From contig JBJKRI010000003.1 of the NCBI GenBank assembly GCA_046704725.1, positions 1-64,000 of the forward strand: a stretch of DNA of 64,000 nucleotides, given 5' to 3'. The position numbers and the translations under genes are program-made. Origin of the DNA: Candidatus Woesearchaeota archaeon (GTDB taxonomy: Archaea > Nanobdellota > Nanobdellia > Woesearchaeales > SKIA01). Of this stretch, positions 8,832 to 18,105 are shown in pieces (position 1 is the first letter of the stretch; each line of letters begins with the position of its first letter). The notes beneath the pieces were generated by a model. It was not told where the DNA came from. It did not search any database and saw only the letters and a list, made by a program, of their open reading frames with translations.

Positions 8832-9422
8832 TCAGCGTCCATACACGTCTTTGCGCAGGCCGTCATAGTTCATCTTCACGGGCGGCTTGCGGTTGATGTG
8901 CAAGAGCACGAGTATCAGCGCGAGGATCAGCACGCCCGCGCCGACAAGGACGAGGATCTTCCAGAGTGGCAATCCGCTCGGAGCCGTTTGCTCCTGTGCG
9001 GCCGCTTGCTGCGCCTGCGCGACCACGGGACAGTCCTGCGGGCAGGTGTTCTCCTCGCCGGGCGCGCAGCGTCCGTCCCCGCAGACGGCTCCGACGGCCC
9101 GCGTCGCGACCACTTTCCCCGAGGGGTCGATGACCTGCAAGGTCTGTCCCGATGCGGGTGACAGGATGCCCACCCAGATGTCTGGCACGGTCTGCGCGCT
9201 CCCGTTCGCCGGCAATATGCTCGTGGTGAACGTGGTCTGCGCCACCACGTTCTGGTTGCTGTCGAGCAGGTTGAGCTTCCAGTCCCCGTGCAGCCAGGTC
9301 GGGTCCGCTCCGGTGGTCGCTTGCACGCTGGTGATGCTCACCGACGGCGTGATCTGGAGGTGCACCTGCAGTTGCGGCACGGTCGCCGCGACGAGCAGGA
9401 GCGCGAGCCAGGCCCATTTCAT
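8832..9422 (-). CDS. secreted, C-terminally membrane-anchored protein with a CGDG-C...CPQDC repeat
   Basis: Signal peptide MKWAWLALLLVAA, CGDGRCAPGEENTCPQDC, C-terminal TM helix and basic tail; ATGA overlap with the upstream gene. Confidence 0.8.
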   Translation of the reverse strand: MKWAWLALLLVAATVPQLQVHLQITPSVSITSVQATTGADPTWLHGDWKLNLLDSNQNVVAQTTFTTSILPANGSAQTVPDIWVGILSPASGQTLQVIDPSGKVVATRAVGAVCGDGRCAPGEENTCPQDCPVVAQAQQAAAQEQTAPSGLPLWKILVLVGAGVLILALILVLLHINRKPPVKMNYDGLRKDVYGR

Positions 9423-11728
9423 GGGAATCCCTCCAGAACGCTCTTGATCTGTTGCTGCTGCTTGTAGCTGTAGTACGGGTATTGGTGCTGCGACGTGCTC
9501 GCCATGATGGTGTTGTCTTCTGTCGTGAGGTGGAAGAGCGTGGCTCCGACATCCCTGCCCAATTGCTCGAGCATGCAGGTCTGCGCGTCCGTCGGGTCGT
9601 TGCCGTACGTGCAGAACGCGGAGCTGATGAGCCCGACCCCGGCGTAGCTCGATGGCAGGTACGACGCCTTCGACAATACCACGGCGGCGTCCGCGTGGCA
9701 CGCGCTGCGCGCTTGCGAGAGCACGCGGTAATCCACTTGCGGCAACTTGTACATGCCTTGCCCGGTGGCGATGGTGCTCGTCAGCGACGCGCTATAGAAG
9801 TCGATGTCCTTGGAGTGGTCTGGGATCTTGTCCAGCAACCCGTAGTACGCGTTCGCCAGGGTCCGCGCCTCGACGGTGAACGTGTCTTTGTCCAGGCCGT
9901 CGTTGATGATGACGATGCGCCAGTGCCAGGCCTTGTCCTCTCCCGCGAGCGGCGCGCATGTGTCCGACAATTGCTTCTGCGCGCACAGTTGGAGCGCGGT
10001 CTGACCTTGCGCGCGGTCCTGGTAGGTCATCACGTCCTTATAGACGGTCAGGTACCGCTGCACGAGCGTGCAGTCCTTGAGCTCGGTTGCCGCTTCGATG
10101 CTGAGTGCTCCCGCGCGTCCGTTCAGCGGCGGCATCGCTTTGAGTCCGTACTTGTCGAGCGAATCGAGTATCTTGTGGAGCTCTGCTGTCCGTTCGGTGT
10201 CCGAGAGCGTCCCTCGGCTGTCAATGAGGTCGCGCTCGTCCTGCACGACTGCTGCGGAAGCGTCGAGGCGCGGGTCGGGCCCCCAGCTCTTCGCGACGTA
10301 CTGCGCGAGCTTCACTCCGAGATCCCCTTGTCCCTGTTCGACCATCGCGCTGGCCTGCGCGAGCAGCGTGACGGGGTTCGGTTGCTTGGTGTTGCGCATC
10401 GCGTTCTGCAACAAGGCCACTTCTTCGTTGCCGACGGTGCGCGAGGTGATTGCGTCCGAGCGCGGCGTCAGTCCGCACGATGCGTGCTCGAACAGGCTGA
10501 CCCCACCGCTGCTGAGCTGCGTTCCTCGTTCGTCCACGAGCAGGTAGACCGTGCACGGCTGGTCGAGATCCTTGACGGTGTAGTGGCGGGCGTTCGGGCA
10601 CAGCTGGTTGTTGATGTCGGCGGTGATATCCGCGCGCAATGCCTTTTCGTTGTCGAGCGGGAAGGGCGTCGTGCTGTAGACGGGGATGACCCTGATGTGC
10701 AGGCGGTTCTTGATGTCTTCGATGGCTTGCGAGACTTGCTGCTGGTTGGTCGCGCTGCATTTGAGGTCCGTCCACATCGTGTCCGCGGTCTTCTGTATCC
10801 CCGTCGTGAGCATCTGGTCGGCCGCCGAGAATATCGTCGTGTCCTCGATGTTCCCGAAGACGCCTTTCTGGTCCTTGAGATTGTTGAAGCCGATGTCGCT
10901 GAAGATGTAGGCGGGCGCCGTCGAGTCTCCCGAATAGGGGATGACGTCGTATCCCACCTCCGCTGATGGATCCGCATACTGTTTGATGAGTTGCTCAATG
11001 GCTAGGCCGCGCGATATCGGGTATGTCTTCGCCTCGGCGGAGTTCTGCGAGACGATCGCGAAGAAGTTCTTCGCTCCCTCGTTCTGCTGCTTCGCGACGA
11101 ACGTCGCGATCTCCTGCTGCCAATCCTTGGGCGCCGCCGGGTTCCATCCTGTCTTCGTGTAGATGAGCTTGAGATAGTTGTTGTAGGTCCCCGCCGCTGC
11201 CGTGCTTGGCGCTGGGTCGTTGCTCGGTGCGGTCGTCGGGGTCGCGGTGGCGGTCGGGGCGTTCTGGGCGAAGGATCGGATGATGGTGACGCGCAATTGA
11301 CCTGCGGTGATCGTGCTCACCGCACCGGGATTGACTGTGATCTCGTTGGACGGCACGCCGAGCTTCTTCATCTGTGAGATTAGGACATTCTCGACCTGCG
11401 TCTCCGCTCGTGGCGGGGATGCCGTCGACCCTTCGCTGGGACTGTATTGGGCGCCGAAGGTGTACGGCATATTCCAGTCGCTGTGCACCGTGGCGAGCCA
11501 GTTCTCGAAGGCGGGCTGGTTCTGCAGGTTCACGAGCGATCCGAGAGGGACTTTTGTCCCGTCGGAGAGCGTCGCGTAGTGCGTGTAGCATACGATGAAG
11601 TACAGTGGTTTCCCGTCCGGGCCGTCGTGGGCCCCGCATGACGTCGTCGCTGCGTGCGCCGCAGGCAACGCCAGGACGATCGCGAGCAGTGCGAGCGTGA
11701 GAGCGATCGCTACTTGGTGACGCAGCAT
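9419..11728 (-). CDS. large secreted protein with a degenerate peptidase M64-like C-terminal domain
   Basis: Signal peptide MLRHQVAIALTLALLAIVLALPAAHA and a Thr/Ala linker; the C-terminus RIVIINDG...IDFY...C.AD..VVL...EQLGR..G...L.ED resembles M64 without HEXGH. Confidence 0.75.
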   Translation of the reverse strand: MLRHQVAIALTLALLAIVLALPAAHAATTSCGAHDGPDGKPLYFIVCYTHYATLSDGTKVPLGSLVNLQNQPAFENWLATVHSDWNMPYTFGAQYSPSEGSTASPPRAETQVENVLISQMKKLGVPSNEITVNPGAVSTITAGQLRVTIIRSFAQNAPTATATPTTAPSNDPAPSTAAAGTYNNYLKLIYTKTGWNPAAPKDWQQEIATFVAKQQNEGAKNFFAIVSQNSAEAKTYPISRGLAIEQLIKQYADPSAEVGYDVIPYSGDSTAPAYIFSDIGFNNLKDQKGVFGNIEDTTIFSAADQMLTTGIQKTADTMWTDLKCSATNQQQVSQAIEDIKNRLHIRVIPVYSTTPFPLDNEKALRADITADINNQLCPNARHYTVKDLDQPCTVYLLVDERGTQLSSGGVSLFEHASCGLTPRSDAITSRTVGNEEVALLQNAMRNTKQPNPVTLLAQASAMVEQGQGDLGVKLAQYVAKSWGPDPRLDASAAVVQDERDLIDSRGTLSDTERTAELHKILDSLDKYGLKAMPPLNGRAGALSIEAATELKDCTLVQRYLTVYKDVMTYQDRAQGQTALQLCAQKQLSDTCAPLAGEDKAWHWRIVIINDGLDKDTFTVEARTLANAYYGLLDKIPDHSKDIDFYSASLTSTIATGQGMYKLPQVDYRVLSQARSACHADAAVVLSKASYLPSSYAGVGLISSAFCTYGNDPTDAQTCMLEQLGRDVGATLFHLTTEDNTIMASTSQHQYPYYSYKQQQQIKSVLEGFP

Positions 11729-12003
11729 ACGGTCCCTCCCGCCGGGTAGCTGTATACCACCCAGTTGTCTTGTTGTTGGTATGTGGCCGATGCGCTGCAG
11801 GTACCTCCCTGCACCGCCGTCCCGCCTCTGCTCGCGCATTCGTTCGCGCCGATGCACGTGCCTTGGTAGATCGATTGGCAGTTGTTGATGGTCTTCTGCG
11901 CGTTCTGCGTCTGATGGGTGATCAATACCGCCATGATGAGGAGCACGAGCAGCGCCAGCGCGATCATGACGATTACTCCTGTCGCGATCTCACCTCGTGC
12001 CAT
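11710..12003 (-). CDS. class III signal peptide (pilin-like) Cys-rich protein
   Basis: MARG/EIATGVIVMIALALLVLL, six Cys, C-terminal VCCV; TTTTTATA box about 25 nt upstream. Confidence 0.8.
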   Translation of the reverse strand: MARGEIATGVIVMIALALLVLLIMAVLITHQTQNAQKTINNCQSIYQGTCIGANECASRGGTAVQGGTCSASATYQQQDNWVVYSYPAGGTVCCVTK

Positions 12004-12078
12004 GCGCTTGCCCCGCACTCGGCGCTATAAAAAGTGTTGCGCTGCGCTCCGTGCGATCCGTCCTGGATAGACGTCCGG

Positions 12079-12100
12079 TTTCCATAGGAAATCAGGGGGT
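12079..12100 (+). promoter_or_regulatory. ORB-like Orc1/Cdc6 binding box upstream of tbp
   Basis: TCCATAGGAAATCAGGGGGT is 18/20 identical to the box at 29439-29458. Confidence 0.65.
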
Positions 12101-12274
12101 GCGGGAGTCGATTTTCGAGGAGAGCCCCTCTCCAGCGGGAATTTCTCACTTTCAAGGAGTTTATCGAACCTGTATGCTGCGTTCGGTATATCCGAATAAT
12201 CATTCTTTATAAACAAACATTTATAAGGAAGCTCTGTTCTTTAGCTGTTTTATAAGGCGTTGGGGGTATAACGC

Positions 12275-12823
12275 ATGGCACAAAAACCGAAAACAGAAGT
12301 CGAAATCGTGAACATCGTCGTCTCGACGAACCTCGAGCATCCCATACCGCTCGAGAAGATGGCGGCGACACTGTCGAACACCGAGTACAATCCGGAGCAG
12401 TTCCCGGGACTGGTCATCCGCATCAAGGACCCCAAGACGAGCGCGCTGATCTTCAGCAGCGGCAACGTCGTCTGCACGGGCGGACGCACCATGGAACAGG
12501 TCGAACAGGCAATCAAGGAGATCATCAAGAGCCTGGACAAGATCGGCGTCAAGATCACCGTCACCCCGCGCATCCAGGTCCAGAACATCGTCGCGTCCGG
12601 CGCAATCGGTATGAAACTCAACCTCAACGTGCTTGCCATGCGCCTCGAGAACACTGAGTACGAACCCGAGCAGTTCCCCGGACTCGTCTACAAGCTCAAC
12701 GAAGCAAAAGCGACGTTCCTGCTGTTCAGCAACGGCAAGGTCGTGTGCACCGGCACCAAGAGCGAGCAAGAGGTCCACAACGCAATGGACATGCTCGTGG
12801 ACCGTCTCCAGGAATTCGCGTAG
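12275..12823 (+). CDS. tbp: TATA-box binding protein
   Basis: Two repeats of NIV.S...EY.PEQFPGLV...L.FS.G.VVCTG. Confidence 0.98.
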   Translation: MAQKPKTEVEIVNIVVSTNLEHPIPLEKMAATLSNTEYNPEQFPGLVIRIKDPKTSALIFSSGNVVCTGGRTMEQVEQAIKEIIKSLDKIGVKITVTPRIQVQNIVASGAIGMKLNLNVLAMRLENTEYEPEQFPGLVYKLNEAKATFLLFSNGKVVCTGTKSEQEVHNAMDMLVDRLQEFA

Positions 12824-13056
12824 GATTGCATTCTCAATCCGAGCAATCCGATGGCTACGCCCGCGCGCTGAGCAGCAGGACAAGAAATATTTTCCATAAA
12901 AGCGACGTCCCTTCCCACTGGACATGCACGCACACAGCGTCTTAATGCATGGACGACCCATTCTCCACGAGAAACGCGCGACACCCGGAAAATGCCGGTT
13001 CGGTTCCTTTTCTTTCCGATAGGCATTCATTAAGGAGCGCGCGTCGCAAAAACACG

Positions 13057-15072
13057 ATGGACGCCACGACCCAGATCGCGCAGCTGCAGGAGTTCTTCGA
13101 GACCACGGTCCACGCGCCATTGCTGGAAGCGATCCGCACGGGCAGGAACACCCTCGCGGTCGACTTCGAGCTGCTCGCGCAGTTCGACCCCGAGCTCGCG
13201 ACCATGCTCCTCGACGAGCCGGAGAACACACTGAAGGCGTGCGAGATCGCCATCGAGCAACTCGAAGGCCAGAAGTCATTCTCCGTGCGCTTCCGCGAAC
13301 TCCCTGGAGCGCAGCGCATGCCCGTTCGCGACCTGCGCGCCAAACACCTGAGCAGGTTCGTCCAACTCACCGGCATCGTCCGCCAGAAGACCGACGTCCG
13401 CCCGCAGATCACGAGCGCGCGCTTCGAATGCCCGAGCTGCGGCAACATCATCAGCGTCCTGCAGCTCGAGAGCAAGTTCCGCGAGCCCAACCGTTGCGGC
13501 TGCGGTCGCAAGGGCAAGTTCCGCCTCCTGAGCAAGGAACTCGTGGACGCCCAGAAGATCGTGCTCGAGGAGTCGCCCGACGACCTCGAGGGCGGCGAGC
13601 AGCCCAAGCGCCTCAATATCTTCCTGCGAAAAGACCTCGTCAGTCCCATCACCGACAAGAAGACCAATCCCGGGAGTAAGGTCGTCGTGACGGGTTATCT
13701 CAAGGAAGTGCCCATTCCTTTACCATCCGGCGGCCAGTCCACTCGCTACGACATCGTGCTCGAGACCAACCACGTCGAGCCCGTCGAGGAGGACTACAGC
13801 CAGATCAGCATCAATCCCGAGGAGGTCGAGCAGATAGAGACGATGAGCAAGGACCCGCGGATCTTCGACAAGCTCGTCAACAGCCTCGCGCCCGGGGTCT
13901 ACGGCCACGAGCGCATCAAGGAGGCCATCATCCTGCAGATGCTCGGCGGCGTCAAGAAACGCCGCTCCGACGGGGTCTCCGTGCGCGGCGACATGCACGT
14001 CCTGCTCGTGGGCGACCCGGGAGCGGGAAAGTCCATCCTGCTCAAGCGCAGCCAGGAGGTGGCGCCGAAGAGCCGTTTCGTCTCGGGAAAGGGCACCTCC
14101 GGAGCTGGTCTGACTGCGGCTGTCGTCCGCGACGAGTTCTTGCGCGGCTGGGCCTTGGAGGCTGGCGCTTTGGTGTTGGCCAACAAGGGTTTCGTCATGA
14201 TCGACGAGCTCGACAAGATGTCCCCCGAGGACCGCTCGGCCTTCCACGAGGCATTGGAGCAGCAGACCGTCACTATCTCGAAAGCCAACATCCAGGCCAC
14301 ATTGCGCTGCGAGACCGTCGTCCTCGCCGCCGCGAACCCAAAGTTCGGCCGCTTCGACCCGTATGAATTGCTGGCCAAGCAAATCGACCTTCCTTCCACG
14401 CTCATCAACCGCTTCGACCTCATCTTCCCCGTGCGCGACCTGCCCGGAGAGGAGAAGGACCGCAAGCTCGCCGACTTCGTCCTGCGCCTGCACCAGACCG
14501 GTGACGTCCAGGAGGTCCCCATCGAGACCTCGCTTCTCACCAAGTACATCAGCTTCGCCCGCGGGCGATGCTTCCCGCACCTCTCCGAGGACGCGGTCCA
14601 AGAGATACAGAAGTTCTACGTCACCATGCGCAACGCCGAGGGGAGCGCCGACGGTATCAGCGCGATCCCCATCTCCGCCCGCCAGCTAGAAGCGCTCGTG
14701 CGCATGTCCGAGGCCTCGGCCCGCTCGCGCCTCTCGACAGAGGTCACGCGCGACGACGCCAAGCGCGCCATCGACCTGCTCATGCATTGCCTGCAGCAGC
14801 TCGGCGTGGATCCGGAGACGGGCAAGCTCGATATCGACCGTCTCGGCACGGGCGTCACCGCTTCCTCGCGCAACCAGGTCCACACCATCAAGGAGATCAT
14901 CCGCGAGCTCGCCGACCTGACCGGCGACGCTCTTGTCGCGGAAGAGGAGATCCTCGCCAAGGCCAAGGAGAAGGGCATCGACGACGACAAGACCGACGAG
15001 ATCCTCGAACGTCTCAACCGCATGGGCGACATCTTCCGCCCCAAGCCCGGCTTCTACTCGATGATGAAATGA
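13057..15072 (+). CDS. mcm: replicative helicase MCM
   Basis: Zn finger CPSC...CGC, GDPGAGKS, IDELDKM, AAANP, NRFDL, C-terminal winged helix. Confidence 0.97.
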   Translation: MDATTQIAQLQEFFETTVHAPLLEAIRTGRNTLAVDFELLAQFDPELATMLLDEPENTLKACEIAIEQLEGQKSFSVRFRELPGAQRMPVRDLRAKHLSRFVQLTGIVRQKTDVRPQITSARFECPSCGNIISVLQLESKFREPNRCGCGRKGKFRLLSKELVDAQKIVLEESPDDLEGGEQPKRLNIFLRKDLVSPITDKKTNPGSKVVVTGYLKEVPIPLPSGGQSTRYDIVLETNHVEPVEEDYSQISINPEEVEQIETMSKDPRIFDKLVNSLAPGVYGHERIKEAIILQMLGGVKKRRSDGVSVRGDMHVLLVGDPGAGKSILLKRSQEVAPKSRFVSGKGTSGAGLTAAVVRDEFLRGWALEAGALVLANKGFVMIDELDKMSPEDRSAFHEALEQQTVTISKANIQATLRCETVVLAAANPKFGRFDPYELLAKQIDLPSTLINRFDLIFPVRDLPGEEKDRKLADFVLRLHQTGDVQEVPIETSLLTKYISFARGRCFPHLSEDAVQEIQKFYVTMRNAEGSADGISAIPISARQLEALVRMSEASARSRLSTEVTRDDAKRAIDLLMHCLQQLGVDPETGKLDIDRLGTGVTASSRNQVHTIKEIIRELADLTGDALVAEEEILAKAKEKGIDDDKTDEILERLNRMGDIFRPKPGFYSMMK

Positions 15073-15073
15073 G

Positions 15074-15895
15074 TCACGCGACGCGTATATTTTCTTTCTT
15101 CGCTTCTTTGATAGCTTCATCAAGGCTTTCATCCACGAGCGAACGGAATTCTTTCCGGTGCATCCGCTCACCTACCGTCAGTTGTGCGGCCTCATAGAGC
15201 TTTCCGATCGCGAAGGGACGCACCCCGCTCACCGTGACCAGAAACGCGTCTTTCAGAGGGCCGACAGAATGCTTCATGCGCTCAGTCTGCGCGGCTGAGA
15301 GCAGCGAGTCAGCCACGAGATTGGGGAATGACGGTTCGGGATGCAGACTGAGAAGGTACTTCATGTTTTCGAGGAAAAGGGCGCTCTCACCGATGGCATC
15401 ATAAAGAAACTCTGGTTGATACATGCGTTGGGTTGGTGAAACATGCCCGAACCGAACACCATCCTGAAAAGCGTAGACCATCAAGAATTCATTGTTGAAT
15501 GAATTAAGATCCTCCCGTTTATTCATCATTCGCGTATGCCATCGCCTGATAGAAGAAGATAGCATCCCGTCCGAACGAGCGAGACGCGCCTCAATCTCCT
15601 GCAACGAAATCCCGTACGTGTGTTCTGCAAAGGCCGATACTGCTTCCCGATAAATGCGCCATTCAACATCGTGGAGGAGTTTGAGCGGATCGTCTCCTTC
15701 CTTCATCTCATTCGCGAGCGCTGACAGAACGTCTTCCGAAAAGTCGAGATATCCCGCATAACCGGTCGTGTACGTGTCCTGCGCCACAATCTTACTCCTA
15801 GTCCCGAGAAGGGCGTCGTCATCGCTCGAAACGAGCTGGCGCTCGCCCATGAGCAGTCCGTGCTCGTCTGTGGCCGCAGCGACGATAAGCGTCAT
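15074..15895 (-). CDS. proteasome-beta-like Ntn-fold protein
   Basis: MTLIVAA...LLMGERQ...SKI...TGYAG...DAIG pattern with a Thr1 after the Met. Confidence 0.55.
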   Translation of the reverse strand: MTLIVAAATDEHGLLMGERQLVSSDDDALLGTRSKIVAQDTYTTGYAGYLDFSEDVLSALANEMKEGDDPLKLLHDVEWRIYREAVSAFAEHTYGISLQEIEARLARSDGMLSSSIRRWHTRMMNKREDLNSFNNEFLMVYAFQDGVRFGHVSPTQRMYQPEFLYDAIGESALFLENMKYLLSLHPEPSFPNLVADSLLSAAQTERMKHSVGPLKDAFLVTVSGVRPFAIGKLYEAAQLTVGERMHRKEFRSLVDESLDEAIKEAKKENIRVA

Positions 15896-15977
15896 GGGGC
15901 CGTTGCTCGCAGCTTCCTCATAAGCCCTCCGCTAGGCTTATTAAGCACGCCGATTGACTGGTGACGGGGGAATGCAC

Positions 15978-16571
15978 ATGCGACAGGTAGCGCATCACGT
16001 CTATGTCAAGGAGCTCTTGGAGGGTTCTTATGAGGAGCGTGAGGGCTGGGAGCCGAACATCCTCCACACGGGCCGCGGCGACCTCTCGCGCTGCAACGTG
16101 GTGGGCGTGCTCTTGTCATTGGGCGGAGAGCAGGTCCTCGACGACGGCACCGGGCAGGTGTCGTTGCGCGCCTTCGACCCTGTTCCGGGACTGGACAAGG
16201 CGTCATCGGGCGAGGTCGTCCAGGTCGTCGGGCGCCCAAGGGTCTATCAGCAGCGCTCCTACATCATCCCCGAGAGCGTCCGCTCCGTCGGTCCGGACTG
16301 GGCGCGCGTCCGCAAGGCCGAGCTCGGAGAGCCCAAGGCATTCGTCGCTCCTGAAAGACCCGCTCCCAAGAAAGAGCCCGAGCCGCAGTTCGACAACAAG
16401 GCGGAGTTCCTCATCTCCATCATCGGCGGCCTGGACGAGGGGGAGGGCGCCGACGTGCAGGACGTGGTGAAAAAGAGCGGTCTGGGCAAGGACGCCGACC
16501 GCATCATGGAGCAGCTCCTGCTCGACGGCGAGGTCTTCGAGATCCGCCCCGGCGTTGTGAAGGTGCTGTGA
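15978..16571 (+). CDS. RPA2-like OB-fold ssDNA-binding protein with C-terminal winged helix
   Basis: SR.NVVG...LDDGTG..VVGR.R.Y and a C-terminal GEVFEIRPG.VK.L. Confidence 0.8.
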   Translation: MRQVAHHVYVKELLEGSYEEREGWEPNILHTGRGDLSRCNVVGVLLSLGGEQVLDDGTGQVSLRAFDPVPGLDKASSGEVVQVVGRPRVYQQRSYIIPESVRSVGPDWARVRKAELGEPKAFVAPERPAPKKEPEPQFDNKAEFLISIIGGLDEGEGADVQDVVKKSGLGKDADRIMEQLLLDGEVFEIRPGVVKVL

Positions 16572-16978
16572 CCCCCGAAGAGGTCTATCACGAGCTGCTC
16601 GATCACGGCGAGTGCGTGCTCGCCACATCATCGTCCGACGGGAAGCCGGAGGCTGCCACGGTCTTCTACGCCGTCGCGGATGACGGCAGCCTCCATATCA
16701 GCACCTTCACATCCTACCGCAAGTACAAGAATCTCATCGACAATCCGCGCGTGAGCGTGGTAGTGACTGTCGATGTGCGTTCGGTGCAGATTGACGGCGT
16801 GGCAGAAGAGCTCTCGGGCGAGGAAGCGATACGTTCGCAACGGTTGCAGGATGCCAAGCACGGCATGATGAGCAAGTACGCCGAGGATCCCCGCACGCGC
16901 TACTTCCACATACGCCCGGCATGGGTGCGCGTGTATGTCGACCACGGACATCACGTCCTCTTCGGGGAGGACAAATGA
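16568..16978 (+). CDS. pyridoxamine 5'-phosphate oxidase-like FMN-binding protein
   Basis: VLAT...G.P...V.Y...T...RK.KNL..NP.VSV. Confidence 0.85.
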   Translation: MTPEEVYHELLDHGECVLATSSSDGKPEAATVFYAVADDGSLHISTFTSYRKYKNLIDNPRVSVVVTVDVRSVQIDGVAEELSGEEAIRSQRLQDAKHGMMSKYAEDPRTRYFHIRPAWVRVYVDHGHHVLFGEDK

Positions 16979-17412
16979 CGCTCTCTGCTGAGGACGCGGA
17001 GCTCCTCGACGCGGCCAAAGAGGCGTCGAAATACACATACAATCCGTACTCCGGTTTCGCTGTCGGCGCTGCGCTGCGTCTTTCCGACGGTTCTGTCGTG
17101 ACAGGCGCGAATATCGAGAACGCGTCGTACGGCGCGGTCATCTGCGCCGAGCGCGCCGCGGTCGCGCACGCCTATTCGCAGGGCCGGCGCGATATCGTCG
17201 CTATCGCGGTCATCGCTCCTTCCGACAAGTCAGAGGAATTGACCGGCCCGTGCGGCATCTGCAGGCAGGTCCTGCTCGAGGTCTCGCAGGTGGCTGGCGT
17301 TCCTATAAAGGTCATCCTCTCCAACGGCGACAGCTCCAAGACGGAGGTCACGGATATCGCTTCGCTCTTGCCGCGCGCTTTCGGCCCGGACAATCTCGGC
17401 ATCACTTCCTGA
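16975..17412 (+). CDS. cdd: cytidine deaminase
   Basis: YNPYSGF.VGAAL, GANIENASY, CAER.A, PCGICRQ. Confidence 0.95.
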   Translation: MTLSAEDAELLDAAKEASKYTYNPYSGFAVGAALRLSDGSVVTGANIENASYGAVICAERAAVAHAYSQGRRDIVAIAVIAPSDKSEELTGPCGICRQVLLEVSQVAGVPIKVILSNGDSSKTEVTDIASLLPRAFGPDNLGITS

Positions 17413-17818
17413 TGACTCTGGGAAGAACCATCCACGCCGCTTGATTTCCGAAGCCGGTCTTGTCGATAGCGAACGGCTCCACTGTCTGTATGTCTGATAG
17501 GTGGATGAGCACGGCGTGCCGCTTGTTCCTCACTCCTTCAAAGAACCTGCCTTTCTCTTCCATCACCCCCAATCCTTTCGCATCCTTTTCCACGATACGC
17601 ATGATGCGCTCGGGCGTCAGGTCGGAGTGCTCCTCCACGTGCGAGACGCGTGCCTTGGCCACGACCGGACCGCCGCTGCGCTTGAGCCAGACCATTTCTC
17701 CAGACGATATCCGTCCGTACGGCGCCCGACGCGTCCGGTACCAGCGGCTCTCGATCGTCTTCTCGCCCGAGAGGATGCGAGACAAGAACGGCTCCTTGAG
17801 TATGGCGACGTGTTCCAC
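17402..17818 (-). CDS. ASCH domain protein
   Basis: HVAIL...F...ILSGEKTIESR motif. Confidence 0.85.
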   Translation of the reverse strand: MEHVAILKEPFLSRILSGEKTIESRWYRTRRAPYGRISSGEMVWLKRSGGPVVAKARVSHVEEHSDLTPERIMRIVEKDAKGLGVMEEKGRFFEGVRNKRHAVLIHLSDIQTVEPFAIDKTGFGNQAAWMVLPRVIRK

Positions 17819-17861
17819 AAGAGTGTCAGTGAACCTGAGCTACAAAGATGTTTCGCCGGAT

Positions 17862-18104
17862 TCAGGTCCAGCGCTCCCACAGCGCGCGCAGCGGCAGCAA
17901 TACCAACGTGCTCAGGACATACGCGATGGCCGGCACTCCAGCGCTCAGCCAGGGGTCTGGAGCGTTGATGAGCGTGAGGAACACGAGCATGGTGATATAT
18001 GTCAGAACAGCGATCGACGCCCGGCGCGTCACGCTCGTCTCCCACTGCTTGTCCTTCTCTACGCGTTTGTTCCGTTCTTCGATGGCGTGTAGTCTGTCTT
18101 TCAT
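17862..18104 (-). CDS. small membrane protein
   Basis: 80 aa: IEERNKRVE.DK.WE.S..RR followed by two TM helices. Confidence 0.75.
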   Translation of the reverse strand: MKDRLHAIEERNKRVEKDKQWETSVTRRASIAVLTYITMLVFLTLINAPDPWLSAGVPAIAYVLSTLVLLPLRALWERWT

Positions 18105-18105
18105 T

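Noticed and set aside
12040-12180. Possible tRNA in the pilin-tbp intergenic region
   Set aside because: No T-loop GTTCGA motif or cloverleaf; the dyad is explained by the ORB-like box.
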